Below the pieces are notes generated by a model. It did not search any database. It saw only the letters and a program-made list of their open reading frames with translations, and was not told where the DNA came from. Source: Aliivibrio fischeri ES114 (GTDB taxonomy: Bacteria; Pseudomonadota; Gammaproteobacteria; Enterobacterales; Vibrionaceae). From it: 32,000 nt of DNA. Both the position numbers and the translations under genes were made by a program. Positions within the stretch are counted from its first letter, which is position 1, and each line of letters opens with the position of its first letter. This document shows, piece by piece, positions 1 through 9,977 of the stretch. The stretch is from NCBI RefSeq assembly GCF_000011805.1, contig NC_006840.2; one strand, 5' to 3'.

Positions 1-627
1 AGCATACTTGTATTCTCGGAGTTGAGTATGGTTTTTTACCATTGGAATATCGACGTAGTATGCTTTTTTATAATCGACATTTTTTTGTTTTAAATGATGT
101 GCAATTAAATAATCTGCGTAACGACTGGCACGCCATGACCATTCAATTGGTTTTTTATCTTGATCTAAGACTTGTTGATATAAGAAGGGTTTGCCACCTA
201 AGGTAACATCAGCATCAGAATAAAGGTCAACACTGGCAGGGTCTTCCGGTGTCAAAAGGGTGGTAATGATGGCTTGACGTAAATGCGCTTTAGGGTCAGT
301 ACCAGCAACCGTTTCGACGGTAACTCGACCATTAGTAAAATCCACTTGAGAGCGGCTTAAATACCCATCAGTGTATTTTACATAGGAGCGCTTACCAGCA
401 GTAACAAGGTTTTTCTTACCCCAACGTTTTTCGATATTGCCATTGAAACTACTTATTAAACTATCTAATGCTTTAATATCTTTGGTGAATTGTCCAGGGA
501 GTGGGGCTAGATTTTTAGCAAAGCGGTTGGTTGTATCGTAATTTACACCAAAAGTAGATTCTATTGATTCTCGACTACAACTGGTAAGCAGAAGACAGGT
601 CGAGGCGATCAGTATAATTTTTTTCAT
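1..627 (-). CDS. mltC: membrane-bound lytic murein transglycosylase C, N-terminal part (gene continues past the left edge)
   Basis: Absent from the ORF track because there is no stop in the window. The reverse-strand ATG at 627..625 opens a frame that stays open to position 1 (209 codons). The translation MKKIILIASTCLLLTSCSRESIE... has a lipoprotein signal peptide with an LTSC lipobox, followed by MltC-like N-terminal domain sequence. It lies downstream of mutY-yggX as in E. coli. Confidence 0.85.
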   Translation of the reverse strand, partial: MKKIILIASTCLLLTSCSRESIESTFGVNYDTTNRFAKNLAPLPGQFTKDIKALDSLISSFNGNIEKRWGKKNLVTAGKRSYVKYTDGYLSRSQVDFTNGRVTVETVAGTDPKAHLRQAIITTLLTPEDPASVDLYSDADVTLGGKPFLYQQVLDQDKKPIEWSWRASRYADYLIAHHLKQKNVDYKKAYYVDIPMVKNHTQLREYKYA

Positions 628-692
628 AAAGGCAATATAGATTGAGAACTCGATAATAAGGTTAACGGCAGGTTTAACTTTGACTTAATAGC

Positions 693-724
693 ATAAAATT
701 AAAGCAGCCAAATGACTGCTTTAA
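693..724 (-). terminator. rho-independent terminator/attenuator between yggX and mltC
   Basis: A 9-bp stem ttaaagcag (699-707) / ctgctttaa (716-724) with an 8-nt loop. The A-run 695-698 gives a U-tract on the minus-strand transcript. Confidence 0.6.
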
Positions 725-735
725 TGTAAAAGTGA

Positions 736-1008
736 TTATTCACTTGGAGGAGTGTAACCATCGATAACAACATCTTTGCCATCAAATAGGAAACCTTCCA
801 TTTCTGTTTCTAGAAGCTTACGGTGCTCAGGATCCATCATGTTCAACTTCTTTTCATTGATCAGCATGGTTTGTTTGTGTTGCCATTGCCCCCAAGCTTC
901 TTTGGAGATGTTGTCAAAAATACGCTTACCTAGTTCACCTGGGTAAAGTTGAAAATCTAGGCCATCGGCTTCTTTATTTAAACGAACGCAAAACACAGTG
1001 CGGCTCAT
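736..1008 (-). CDS. yggX: Fe(2+)-trafficking / oxidative-damage protection protein YggX
   Basis: The 90-aa [70 protein letters not shown] matches the YggX family in length and sequence. Its start lies 2 nt after the mutY stop, with a GGAGAA Shine-Dalgarno inside the mutY 3' end. Confidence 0.95.
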   Translation of the reverse strand: MSRTVFCVRLNKEADGLDFQLYPGELGKRIFDNISKEAWGQWQHKQTMLINEKKLNMMDPEHRKLLETEMEGFLFDGKDVVIDGYTPPSE

Positions 1009-1010
1009 GG

Positions 1011-2078
1011 TTATTCTCCATTAGAAATTTCGTACGGTAGGGCATCCAATAATTTTTGAACTGGTGCAGCTAACCCGACCGTCATTGGTTGAGATAAGTT
1101 ATACCAAACTCCACGCGTTCCTTCCATTATCATGTTCGGTTTCTTCGCAAGAGTGATAAGTACAGGGGTAATATCAAGATGGTAGTGGCTAAAAGTATGG
1201 CGAAAAGCGATTAACTGTTGTTTTGATGCTACTTTAAAACCATAGTCTTCTGATAACTCATCAAGTGTATTTGTTGGTTGCTCGGGAAAACAAAATAATC
1301 CTCCCCAAATGCCACTTTGTGGTCTCTGCTCTAACCAAACTTCGCCATCATGATAGTAGATAGCAAACCACGCTTCTTTAACTGGTTTCTCTTTCTTTGG
1401 CTTTTTGGTCGGAAAGTCTAATTGTTTATCTTGGGCTTTTGCTTGGCAAAGATCGTTTACTGGGCACAACTCACATTTAGGTTTGGAGCGTGTACATACC
1501 ATTGCTCCCATATCCATCATTGCTTGGTTATAGCGCTCAACACCTTGCTTTGGAGTATGAGTTTCAGCCACCGCCCACATTTCATTTTCAACGCTTTTTT
1601 TACCTGGCCAGCCTTCTATTGCGAAACAGCGAGATAATGTTCTTTTAACGTTACCATCAAGAATGGGATGATGCTGTTGCAAAGAAAGCGATAAAACAGC
1701 GCCGGCTGTTGAGCGACCAATACCAGGAAGTGCAATCACATCATCAATATTTGTAGGGAAAATACCATTATATTGCTCAGCAATGATTTGTGCCGTTTTA
1801 TGTAAATTACGAGCACGAGCGTAATAGCCTAGCCCTGTCCATAAGTGAAGAACTTCATCTTGCTCGGCATGTGCTAAATCAACGATTGTTGGAAATCGTG
1901 TCATGAAGCGTTCGAAGTAAGGGATAACGGTAGTGACTTGGGTTTGTTGTAGCATGATCTCCGATAACCATACTTTATAAGGCGTTTTTTCTAACTGCCA
2001 AGGCAGCGTTTTTCGACCGTAATTATCGTACCATTCTAAAATAGCTTGAGAGAAAGACGTCATGACATGCTCATTCAT
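1011..2078 (-). CDS. mutY: A/G-specific adenine DNA glycosylase MutY
   Basis: The C-terminal ~350 aa of the 493-aa track ORF match MutY ([17 protein letters not shown], HhH-GPD region, 4Fe-4S cysteines CxxxxxxCxxCxxxxxC, NUDIX-like C-terminal domain). The true start is at MNEHVMTSF (2078) or MTSF (2063). The upstream 137 codons are an open intergenic read-through. Confidence 0.93.
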   Translation of the reverse strand: MNEHVMTSFSQAILEWYDNYGRKTLPWQLEKTPYKVWLSEIMLQQTQVTTVIPYFERFMTRFPTIVDLAHAEQDEVLHLWTGLGYYARARNLHKTAQIIAEQYNGIFPTNIDDVIALPGIGRSTAGAVLSLSLQQHHPILDGNVKRTLSRCFAIEGWPGKKSVENEMWAVAETHTPKQGVERYNQAMMDMGAMVCTRSKPKCELCPVNDLCQAKAQDKQLDFPTKKPKKEKPVKEAWFAIYYHDGEVWLEQRPQSGIWGGLFCFPEQPTNTLDELSEDYGFKVASKQQLIAFRHTFSHYHLDITPVLITLAKKPNMIMEGTRGVWYNLSQPMTVGLAAPVQKLLDALPYEISNGE

Positions 2079-2307
2079 TTTTATAATTCTAGAGATTGCA
2101 CCACACTGTGATGAGTTTGTACACCCGATAGAAAGTAAGGATATATATTTGCTTTGAAGGTAAACCAATCGTAATTGTGTGTTAGATAAATTAAGTCTAA
2201 AGCGATTTATAATGGGAAAACGAAAGATAATACTTGAACACTGGGCTAAACTTTGGATAATGCCGGATCCACAATCCTTGTTCAGAGAATAACCAGGCAA
2301 TCCAATC

Positions 2308-3024
2308 ATGACTGAAGTGACTAAAAATGATTTTACCGAAGAAGGTAAAATTGTTCGTAAAATCCGTAGCTTTGTTCGCCGTGAAGGGCGTTTAACTAAA
2401 GGCCAAGAAGGTGCTATCCAAGAATGTTGGCCTAGCATGGGTATTGATTTTGTAGAGCAAATGCTTGATTGGAATGAAGTGTTTGGTAACAATAATCCAG
2501 TTGTTCTTGAAATCGGTTTTGGTATGGGCGCATCTCTTGTTGAGATGGCTAAAAATGCTCCAGAGAAAAACTTCTTAGGTATCGAAGTTCACCGTCCAGG
2601 TGTTGGCGCATGTCTTGCGGCAGCAAAAGAAGCTGGCGTAACTAACCTACGTGTTATGTGTCATGATGCAGTTGAAGTATTTGAATCAATGATCCCTGAT
2701 TCATCTGTAAATACTCTACAACTTTTCTTCCCTGACCCATGGCATAAAGCGCGTCATCATAAGCGCCGTATCGTTAAAGCTGAGTTTGCTGAGATGATCC
2801 GTCCTAAGTTAATCCAAGGTGGTATCTTCCACATGGCAACTGATTGGGAAAATTACTCAGAGCATATGATTGAAGTAATGAATGCTGCACCGGGTTATGA
2901 AAACATTGCCACTGATGGTGATTTCATTCCTCGCCCAGATGAGCGTCCATTAACTAAGTTTGAAGCTCGTGGCCACCGTTTAGGTCATGGCGTTTGGGAT
3001 ATTAAATTCCGTCGTAACGCATAG
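2308..3024 (+). CDS. trmB: tRNA (guanine46-N7)-methyltransferase TrmB
   Basis: The 238 aa carry [27 protein letters not shown] and [15 protein letters not shown] motifs, colinear with E. coli TrmB. The gene is divergent from mutY as in E. coli. Confidence 0.95.
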   Translation: MTEVTKNDFTEEGKIVRKIRSFVRREGRLTKGQEGAIQECWPSMGIDFVEQMLDWNEVFGNNNPVVLEIGFGMGASLVEMAKNAPEKNFLGIEVHRPGVGACLAAAKEAGVTNLRVMCHDAVEVFESMIPDSSVNTLQLFFPDPWHKARHHKRRIVKAEFAEMIRPKLIQGGIFHMATDWENYSEHMIEVMNAAPGYENIATDGDFIPRPDERPLTKFEARGHRLGHGVWDIKFRRNA

Positions 3025-3051
3025 TTAGTATTGTCGTAATACAATATAATT

Positions 3052-3078
3052 AAAGCCAACCTGAGTGTTGGCTTTTTT
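3052..3078 (+). terminator. rho-independent terminator after trmB
   Basis: aaagccaac / gttggcttt stem with a 6-nt loop, followed by a T-run to 3078. Confidence 0.75.
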
Positions 3079-3107
3079 GTCCTTGCTGTCAAAAGGAAGT
3101 AGAAATA

Positions 3108-4028
3108 ATGAAGCCAACAAAACAAATACTCGAAGATATTTTGGATGAAGTTCGTCCTCTTATTGGTCAAGGTAAAGTTGCTGATTACATTCCTGCTCTT
3201 GCTTGCGTTCCTAATGATAAATTGGGTATTGCAGTATTTACCAATGATGGTGAAATGCTCACAGCAGGCGATGCGACAGAGTGTTTTTCTATTCAATCTA
3301 TTTCAAAAGCGCTCAGTTTGACGTTGGCGATGGAACTGTATCAACCAGAAGAGTTATGGCAACGAGTTGGTAAAGAGCCTTCAGGACAAGCATTTAATTC
3401 TCTTATTCAGCTTGAAATGGAACAAGGTGTGCCTCGCAATCCTTTCATAAATGCTGGGGCGATTGTTATTTCAGATATGCTATACAGTCGCTTTTCTGCT
3501 CCAAAGCACCGATTATTAGAGTTTGTGCGTAAGCTCTCAGGTAATGACCATATTATTTATGATCGCGTGGTGGCTAATTCAGAAATGGATCATAGTGATA
3601 GAAATGCTTCTATTGCTTATTTAATGCGTTCATTTGGTAACTTCGATAATGAAGTGATGCCTGTCTTAAAGAACTATTTTCATGCATGTGCATTGAGTAT
3701 GAACTGCGTGGATTTAGCTCGTACTTTTGGTTATTTAGCCAATAAAGGTATTCAACCTGGGATCAGTGAACCTATTGTTACTCCAATGCAATGTAAGCAA
3801 ATTAATGCATTAATGGCGACTTGTGGTTTATATGATGGTGCAGGTGAGTTTGCTTATCGTGTTGGTATGCCAGGAAAGTCAGGTGTTGGTGGTGGCATTA
3901 TTGCTATCGTTCCTGGCGAAATGACTATTGCAGTATGGTCTCCAGAGCTTGATCCATCAGGGAATTCGCTGGCAGGTACTAAAGCATTAGAGCTGCTTTC
4001 AGAACGTATTGGTCGTTCGATATTTTAA
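3108..4028 (+). CDS. glsB: glutaminase (GlsB/YneH type)
   Basis: The 306 aa are near-colinear with E. coli glutaminase 2 ([26 protein letters not shown] serine-beta-lactamase-like motif, [16 protein letters not shown]). An AGGAAG Shine-Dalgarno precedes the ATG. Confidence 0.93.
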   Translation: MKPTKQILEDILDEVRPLIGQGKVADYIPALACVPNDKLGIAVFTNDGEMLTAGDATECFSIQSISKALSLTLAMELYQPEELWQRVGKEPSGQAFNSLIQLEMEQGVPRNPFINAGAIVISDMLYSRFSAPKHRLLEFVRKLSGNDHIIYDRVVANSEMDHSDRNASIAYLMRSFGNFDNEVMPVLKNYFHACALSMNCVDLARTFGYLANKGIQPGISEPIVTPMQCKQINALMATCGLYDGAGEFAYRVGMPGKSGVGGGIIAIVPGEMTIAVWSPELDPSGNSLAGTKALELLSERIGRSIF

Positions 4029-4029
4029 G

Positions 4030-4120
4030 GTAAGAGCAGGGTTAAGGACGGTCGCAAGCTCCCTAAAGGTTTCAGGAAAAGATTCTTTGCTCTTACTGAA
4101 ACCTTTAAGCGAAGCGATCT
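4030..4120 (+). repeat. interleaved inverted repeats plus an AGCGAAGCGATCT module (tentative member of the intergenic repeat family)
   Basis: IR-A gtaagagca 4030-4038 pairs with tgctcttac 4088-4096. IR-B taaaggtttcag 4064-4075 pairs with ctgaaaccttta 4096-4107. These are followed by agcgaagcgatct at 4108-4120. The order taagagcag...ctcttac...agcgaagcgWtct matches the 11128-11198 element. Confidence 0.5.
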
Positions 4121-4131
4121 GAAGCCGGCTC

Positions 4132-5292
4132 TTAATCCTCATCCCCCATGAAGGCTTCCAACAAATCATTCAAAAACAACTTACCATGCTCTGTGATTTG
4201 CCAGTGCGTTTCGGTTTCATCGAGATACTTTTTCTCTTTCGCCCAATCGATGGTTTCTTGAATGGTGTCAAAACCTAAGCCTGTTGTATCTAAGAACTCT
4301 TGCTTTGGACATGCTTCTAATAGACGAAAACGGTTCATAAAGAATTCGAAAGGTCTATCGTGATCCATTACCTCTTGCTCATCGATTAAATAAGGTTTTG
4401 TTAGATCTAGAAATCCGCGAGGATGCTTAATTTTCGTGGTTCTAACAATACGGCCATCAGCGAAACTCAATTTACCATGAGCACCACAACCAATACCCAG
4501 ATAATCCCCAAAGCGCCAATAATTTAAGTTATGGCGACACTGATAACCTACTTTACTGTAGCCAGATATCTCATACTGAACATAACCTGCTTTGGCAAGC
4601 ATTTGATGACCTTGTTCGAAAATATCCCATAGGTCGTCGTCGTCAGGAAGTGTTGGTGGCTTATAGTAAAACACGGTATTTGGTTCAATGGTTAATTGAT
4701 ACCAAGATAAATGAGGAGGATTAAGATCAATAGCTTGTTGTAAATCAGACAGTGCATCCTCAATGCTTTGGTTTGGTAAACCATGCATAAGATCGAGGTT
4801 GAAGCTGTTTAATTGTGCTTCATGAGCAAGATGTGCAGCTCGAATCGCTTCATCTTTACCGTGAATTCGACCAAGCTTTTCTAGTTTTTCTTGCTGAAAG
4901 CTTTGTACACCAATAGAAATACGGTTAACGCCCGCTTGTCGATATTTAACAAAGCGACCTGCTTCAACGGTTCCCGGATTGGCTTCCATTGTGATCTCAA
5001 TATCACCAGCAAAGGGAAGGCGCTTTTCAACTTCACTTAGTAGTCGTTTTATCTCAGGAGCTGTGATTAGGCTTGGTGTACCACCACCAATAAAAATAGA
5101 ATGCAGCTTACGTGGTTCACTTTGCATATCATAACGAGCAAGATCCGTATCAAGATCATCAATCAAGGCTGAAATGTATTGAGCTTCTGGGATCTCAGCT
5201 TTTAAAGCATGAGAGTTAAAGTCACAATATGGACATTTCTGAATGCACCAAGGAATATGAATATATAGGCTTAGAGGTGGTGGAATAAGCAT
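4132..5292 (-). CDS. hemW: radical SAM heme chaperone HemW (YggW)
   Basis: 386 aa with an N-terminal CxxxCxxC radical-SAM motif (WCIQKCPYCDF) and a HemN-like C-terminal domain. It lies directly downstream of rdgB as in E. coli. Confidence 0.92.
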   Translation of the reverse strand: MLIPPPLSLYIHIPWCIQKCPYCDFNSHALKAEIPEAQYISALIDDLDTDLARYDMQSEPRKLHSIFIGGGTPSLITAPEIKRLLSEVEKRLPFAGDIEITMEANPGTVEAGRFVKYRQAGVNRISIGVQSFQQEKLEKLGRIHGKDEAIRAAHLAHEAQLNSFNLDLMHGLPNQSIEDALSDLQQAIDLNPPHLSWYQLTIEPNTVFYYKPPTLPDDDDLWDIFEQGHQMLAKAGYVQYEISGYSKVGYQCRHNLNYWRFGDYLGIGCGAHGKLSFADGRIVRTTKIKHPRGFLDLTKPYLIDEQEVMDHDRPFEFFMNRFRLLEACPKQEFLDTTGLGFDTIQETIDWAKEKKYLDETETHWQITEHGKLFLNDLLEAFMGDED

Positions 5293-5295
5293 TAC

Positions 5296-5892
5296 TTACT
5301 GACCTTCTTTTAATGCTGCAAAGAGCTTTTTCAGAGCTTGGCCACGGTGAGATAGTTGTTTTTTACGTGCAGGTTCAAGTTCAGCAGATGAACAGTTATC
5401 TTCACTTACCCAGAAAATAGGATCATAACCGAAGCCGTTTTCACCTTTTTGCTCTGTCGTGATATGACCTTCCCATGTTCCATGACAAATCAATGGTGTT
5501 GGATCGTTTTCATGTTTCATCAGAACTAAAACACAATGGAAGCGAGCAGTACGTTTTTCAGCAGGAATGCCTTCCATCGCTGCTAGCATTTTATCAATGT
5601 TCTTTTGATCCGTAGCACCTTCACCAGAATAACGAGCAGAGTAAACACCCGGTGCGCCATTTAGCGCATCAACTTCTAAACCTGAATCATCAGCAATAGC
5701 AGGTAAGCCCGTTTCTTTTGCTGCATGACGCGCTTTGATGATAGCGTTTTCAATGAATGTTGTACCAGTTTCAGCTACATCAGAGACGTTATATTCGCTT
5801 TGTGCTACTACATCAAAACCAAAATCCGCTAGGATGTCGGCCATTTCACGAACTTTACCTTGGTTGCCCGTTGCTAATACGATTTTACTCAT
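5296..5892 (-). CDS. rdgB: dITP/XTP pyrophosphatase RdgB
   Basis: 198 aa carrying [14 protein letters not shown], TFxENAxxKA, [21 protein letters not shown] and FGYDPIF, which are Ham1/RdgB family signatures. Confidence 0.95.
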   Translation of the reverse strand: MSKIVLATGNQGKVREMADILADFGFDVVAQSEYNVSDVAETGTTFIENAIIKARHAAKETGLPAIADDSGLEVDALNGAPGVYSARYSGEGATDQKNIDKMLAAMEGIPAEKRTARFHCVLVLMKHENDPTPLICHGTWEGHITTEQKGENGFGYDPIFWVSEDNCSSAELEPARKKQLSHRGQALKKLFAALKEGQ

Positions 5893-5902
5893 AATGGTTC
5901 TC

Positions 5903-6334
5903 TTACTCTTCTACGTAAAACTTTTGGTTGAACTTTAACTTGCCTGCGCCTTTAGTGCCAGCAGAGACATCAATATCAAAGCGAAAGGTTTCTTCATTAG
6001 TTATAGGCAATTCAGCAATATAGTAAATGGCATTTTGTTCTTTGATTTCTTTAAAGGTCAGTTGTTTGGTTTGACCTAATAGATTCTTTGCACTACCTGA
6101 TATGTTTGCTGAAATTGCTGGCTTTCCTGCTTGAGATGTATCTAAGACGCTGATATTTAATAACGCATTGTAACCAGAGCGTTTCAGTTGATAAGCCCGA
6201 GCTACTTTTGATGTTAAGAATGTGGAGTTGAATGCCGAGTAGTGTACTTCGACATTTTTTATTTGTACAAATTGTCCTGCAAAACTGGGTAAACTAAAAA
6301 TAAACAGTGACAACAGTAATAGCGTTTTTTTCAT
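5903..6334 (-). CDS. secreted DUF4426-family protein of unknown function
   Basis: 143 aa with a signal peptide [20 protein letters not shown]. The beta-rich body resembles the DUF4426 proteins found next to rdgB in Vibrio and Pseudomonas. Confidence 0.75.
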   Translation of the reverse strand: MKKTLLLLSLFIFSLPSFAGQFVQIKNVEVHYSAFNSTFLTSKVARAYQLKRSGYNALLNISVLDTSQAGKPAISANISGSAKNLLGQTKQLTFKEIKEQNAIYYIAELPITNEETFRFDIDVSAGTKGAGKLKFNQKFYVEE

Positions 6335-6364
6335 ATTACTTTCCTTATAAAAATGGCTTCCATA

Positions 6365-6390
6365 TAAAAAAGCCGAGGGTTAACTCGGCA
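6365..6390 (-). terminator. rho-independent terminator after yggU
   Basis: gccgag (6372-6377) / ctcggc (6384-6389) stem. The A-run 6366-6371 gives a U-tract on the minus strand. Confidence 0.75.
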
Positions 6391-6403
6391 TTAATCGTTA
6401 TTT

Positions 6404-6691
6404 TTATACTAACAGCTGTTGGATTTCATTCGGTATGAGCTCAGGGGAGTGAATTCGAACTTGTTTGTGTCGATTTAGTTCGCCTTTTTCTACCGTAATT
6501 TTTCCTTTAGCGACTTTGAATAACTTGGAGAAGTATTTAATTAAATGCGCATTCGCTTTCCCATCAACAGGAGGAGCAGTAATAGCAATTTTTAACTCTT
6601 CACCGTGTATTCCAACTATCTGATCACGACTGGCTTTAGGTTGTAAATACAGTCGTAAGATCAGATCGTCTTTATCATATTTAACTGGCAT
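6404..6691 (-). CDS. yggU: DUF167 protein YggU
   Basis: [69 protein letters not shown] is colinear with E. coli YggU (96 aa). I prefer the MPVKY start at 6691, giving 95 aa, over the track start 6724, which overlaps yggT. Confidence 0.85.
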   Translation of the reverse strand: MPVKYDKDDLILRLYLQPKASRDQIVGIHGEELKIAITAPPVDGKANAHLIKYFSKLFKVAKGKITVEKGELNRHKQVRIHSPELIPNEIQQLLV

Positions 6692-6698
6692 AGCGAGA

Positions 6699-7253
6699 TT
6701 ACAAGCTATACCAGATTGGGCCAATTAAATCGCCCATTAAGAAGTTAGCAAATTGAAGAACAATAAATAACACTAATACACTTAAATCCAGCCCACCCAT
6801 TTGAGGTAAGATCTTACGGATTGGAGCAAGCATAGGTTCTGTTAATTGGTGCATTACGTATTCAATTGGGCTACGACCTTGGCTCACCCAGCTTAAAATT
6901 GCACGAACTAATAAGATCCAGAACAGTAAACCACCAGCCGCTTTAGCAAGTGCGATTAAACCGATAAATAAGAACTCAGGGCCAAATGCGACGCCACCAG
7001 AAACTACAAGTTGTAGCGCAACAAATTTAAATACACACAATACATAAGCGAATAGTACTGTTGCTAGATCTAAGCTACCGATGGATGGGATCACTCGACG
7101 TAGAGGAGATACGATCGGTTGAGTTGCTTTAACAATAAATTGTGAGAATGGGTTATAGAAATCCGCTCGCGCCATTTGTAACCAGATACGTAAAATCACG
7201 ACCATGATGTATAGATCAAAAACGGTTGAGATTAAAAAGCTCATTGCATTCAT
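6699..7253 (-). CDS. yggT: YggT family inner-membrane protein
   Basis: 184 aa, four hydrophobic segments, duplicated YGGT repeat, with the conserved position between proC and yggU. Confidence 0.9.
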   Translation of the reverse strand: MNAMSFLISTVFDLYIMVVILRIWLQMARADFYNPFSQFIVKATQPIVSPLRRVIPSIGSLDLATVLFAYVLCVFKFVALQLVVSGGVAFGPEFLFIGLIALAKAAGGLLFWILLVRAILSWVSQGRSPIEYVMHQLTEPMLAPIRKILPQMGGLDLSVLVLFIVLQFANFLMGDLIGPIWYSL

Positions 7254-7301
7254 AGTATGTTTAACCTTAGAAATATCAGAATTTAGTTAGCTTTATGAAT
7301 C

Positions 7302-8120
7302 TTAAAATAAAGATTCCATTTCTTCTGCGCGAGAAACGGCAGCTTGCATTGCTTTTGCTACGATCTCTTGCAGTTGATGTTCATTAAACGTGCGCAGTGC
7401 TTCTGCGGTCGTTCCACCCTTTGAAGTTACTTGCTCACGCAGTGTTGATAATTGTGTTTCTGGATTAGCGACAACCATTTCAGCAGCACCAAGAGCCGCT
7501 TGTTGTACAAGTTGACGAGCAGTTGCTTCATCAAAGCCCTGATTAATGGCTTCTGCTTGCATTGCTTCCATAAATAAAAAGAAATACGCAGGCGCACTTC
7601 CTGCCGCTGCAATTACCGAGTTTATTCCGGATTCTTGCGCCACCCAACACACTTCACCGACCGCGGAAAGTAAATCACTTGCGAAGCACTTATCTTGTTC
7701 ATTTATGTGCTCAACAGCAAATAAGCCACTCATGCCTTTGCCTACTAATGCAGGAGTGTTTGGCATTACTCGAACTAGATTGAGTTCACTAGCAAACATT
7801 TCATTTAAACGTTTTGCTGAAATACCAGCAGCAATGGAAATCACTAACTTATTTGAAAAATCAATTTGCTGTAGAGGCTCTGCAGCCATTGCCATCATTT
7901 GTGGTTTTACAGCGAGAACAATCACATCAGCTTGCTGTGCAGCTTGTAAGTTATCTGTGCTGGTGTGGATACCGTAACATTGAGATAAATGGTCTAGTTT
8001 TTCAGTACTAGGGTTAGTTGCCGTGATTTTATCTTTTGGATAACCACTGCTAATTAGACCCGCAATAATTGAGCGAGTCATGTTACCTGCACCAATAAAA
8101 GCAATATTGCGATGTTCCAT
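7302..8120 (-). CDS. proC: pyrroline-5-carboxylate reductase
   Basis: NIAFIGAGNM Rossmann motif and a C-terminal TSKGGTT signature. I place the start at MEHRN (8120) because an AAGGAA Shine-Dalgarno lies 6 nt upstream. The track start 8141 adds 7 unsupported codons. Confidence 0.93.
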   Translation of the reverse strand: MEHRNIAFIGAGNMTRSIIAGLISSGYPKDKITATNPSTEKLDHLSQCYGIHTSTDNLQAAQQADVIVLAVKPQMMAMAAEPLQQIDFSNKLVISIAAGISAKRLNEMFASELNLVRVMPNTPALVGKGMSGLFAVEHINEQDKCFASDLLSAVGEVCWVAQESGINSVIAAAGSAPAYFFLFMEAMQAEAINQGFDEATARQLVQQAALGAAEMVVANPETQLSTLREQVTSKGGTTAEALRTFNEHQLQEIVAKAMQAAVSRAEEMESLF

Positions 8121-8203
8121 TTCTATTCCTTTTAGGGTCAATAGACCTTAGTTGTTGTGAGCATATGATATCAATTTGTTTTACTTGAAATTGATAGCAG
8201 ATA

Positions 8204-8914
8204 TTATTCTTTGTTTTTATAATCTCTAGCGCCAAAAATGGCAGTACCAATACGCACCATGGTTGAACCTGCTTCGATTGCAGCGTCCATGTCACCACTC
8301 ATACCCATAGATAGGGTATCGATTTGAGGGTATTGTGCTCGTAATTGGTTTTGAATGGAAGTAAGTTGTTTAAATGCCGCTAATTGCTCAGCATAATTAG
8401 AGACATTTGCCGGGATAGACATTAATCCACGCAAGGTTAGATTTGGCATTTTATTAATGGCCGCGGCAAGCTCCATTACTTCTTCTGCTGTCGTACCAGA
8501 TTTACTCTCTTCTGAACTAGTATTGACCTGAATAAGTACATTTAGTTCGCCTAGTTCGGAAGGGCGTTGGTCATTTAAACGTTGGGCGATTTTAAGGCGT
8601 TCTACTGAGTGAACCCAATCAAAATGTTCTGCAATTGGGCGTGTTTTATTCGACTGAATTGGACCAATGAAATGCCACTCAAGAGAAGTGGTAGAGTGTT
8701 GTTTTTGAAAGTATTGAACCTTCTCTATACCTTCTTGGACATAGTTTTCACCAAAAATACGTTGGCCAGCTTCTATCGCTTGTTCGAGTAACTCGATAGG
8801 TTTCGTTTTACTTACTGCCAGCAATTGCACTGAATCGGGGTTTCGACCACATTTTTGAATGCTATTCTCTATTTGATGAGTGATTTGATTGATATTTTGC
8901 TTAATACTAGTCAT
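8204..8914 (-). CDS. yggS: PLP-homeostasis protein YggS (COG0325)
   Basis: 236 aa with LLAVSKTKP (PLP lysine), HFIGPIQSNK and LSMGMSGD motifs. Confidence 0.93.
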   Translation of the reverse strand: MTSIKQNINQITHQIENSIQKCGRNPDSVQLLAVSKTKPIELLEQAIEAGQRIFGENYVQEGIEKVQYFQKQHSTTSLEWHFIGPIQSNKTRPIAEHFDWVHSVERLKIAQRLNDQRPSELGELNVLIQVNTSSEESKSGTTAEEVMELAAAINKMPNLTLRGLMSIPANVSNYAEQLAAFKQLTSIQNQLRAQYPQIDTLSMGMSGDMDAAIEAGSTMVRIGTAIFGARDYKNKE

Positions 8915-8937
8915 AGAAACGATTACCGAGGAAAATT

Positions 8938-9975
8938 ATGGACATCACAGAACTACTGGACTTTAGTGTAAAACAAAACGCATCAGATCTACACCTATCT
9001 GCAGGAGTTCCTCCTATGGTACGTGTAGATGGTGAAGTGCGTAAACTGACATTACCTGATTTTACACATGCCGATGTTCATCGTTTAGTGACTGACATTA
9101 TGAATGATGCTCAGCGCAGTGAATTTGAAGATAAACTAGAAGTCGATTTTTCATTTGAGTTACCTAATATTGGACGCTTTCGTGTAAATGCATTTAACCA
9201 GTCTCGTGGCTGTGCTGCTGTGTTTCGAACTATCCCTGTTGATATTCCGTCATTAGAGCAATTAGCTGCACCTCAAGTGTTCACCGATATTGCAAAATAT
9301 CAAAAAGGATTAGTGTTAATCACAGGGCCTACTGGTTCAGGTAAGTCGACAACCTTAGCTGCTATGGTTGATTACATTAACGAGAACTACAACAAGCACG
9401 TACTTACGATTGAAGATCCGATTGAATTTGTTCATAAGAATAAGAAGTGTTTGATTAACCAACGTGAAGTTAATCGTGATACACATAGCTTTAAAGCAGC
9501 ACTTCGCTCAGCTTTGCGTGAAGATCCAGATGTTATTTTAGTCGGTGAATTACGTGATCAAGAGACAATCAGTCTTGCATTGACCGCTGCTGAAACTGGG
9601 CATTTAGTATTTGGTACTTTGCACACGAGTTCAGCTGCAAAAACCATTGACCGTATTATTGATGTTTTCCCTGGCAGTGATAAATCTATGGTTCGCTCGA
9701 TGTTGTCTGAATCATTAAGAGCGGTAGTAGCACAAACACTGCTTAAACGTATTGGTGGTGGTCGTATTGCGTGTCATGAAATCATGATAGCGACACCAGC
9801 TATCCGTAACTTAATCCGTGAAGATAAAGTCGCTCAAATGTATTCAATCATTCAAACTGGTTCTTCTTTTGGTATGAATACCATGGAGCAGAATGCGAAG
9901 AAAATTATTGCTCAAGGTTTGGTTGATCCGGATGAAGTCGTTAAGAAAGTTGAAATGAGCAGCATAGGGTTTTAG
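8938..9975 (+). CDS. pilT: type IV pilus retraction ATPase PilT
   Basis: 345 aa with ASDLHLSAG, Walker A GPTGSGKST, Asp box, Walker B ILVGELRD, His box GHLVFGTLHT and the AIRNLIRE motif typical of PilT. Confidence 0.95.
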   Translation: MDITELLDFSVKQNASDLHLSAGVPPMVRVDGEVRKLTLPDFTHADVHRLVTDIMNDAQRSEFEDKLEVDFSFELPNIGRFRVNAFNQSRGCAAVFRTIPVDIPSLEQLAAPQVFTDIAKYQKGLVLITGPTGSGKSTTLAAMVDYINENYNKHVLTIEDPIEFVHKNKKCLINQREVNRDTHSFKAALRSALREDPDVILVGELRDQETISLALTAAETGHLVFGTLHTSSAAKTIDRIIDVFPGSDKSMVRSMLSESLRAVVAQTLLKRIGGGRIACHEIMIATPAIRNLIREDKVAQMYSIIQTGSSFGMNTMEQNAKKIIAQGLVDPDEVVKKVEMSSIGF

Positions 9976-9977
9976 TC

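Noticed and set aside
2083-2100. ataattctagagattgca upstream of mutY equals the brnQ-downstream sequence ataatt[3 heptads]ctagagattaca once the heptads are removed (17/18). This suggests an unexpanded copy of the element.
   Set aside because: A 17/18 match in AT-rich DNA, especially when a gap is allowed, is within chance expectation for a 32-kb window. No other family module (21-mer, gcgaagcg module, hairpin) is present there.
2079-2492. 137-codon N-terminal extension of the mutY ORF (the track gives 493 aa, overlapping the trmB start).
   Set aside because: MutY homology begins at [18 protein letters not shown]. The extension runs through the divergent promoter region and into trmB on the opposite strand, has junk-like composition, and would make MutY about 140 aa longer than family members.
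7427-8298. Cluster of overlapping track ORFs inside or antisense to proC (7427-7612, 7546-7977, 7814-8011, 8083-8298). Similar shadows lie at 1422-1637, 2985-3296, 5735-5938 and 8609-8791.
   Set aside because: All are embedded in strongly supported genes. They have low-complexity or Cys/Trp/His-rich junk translations, no Shine-Dalgarno signal and no recognisable family, so they are typical shadow ORFs.
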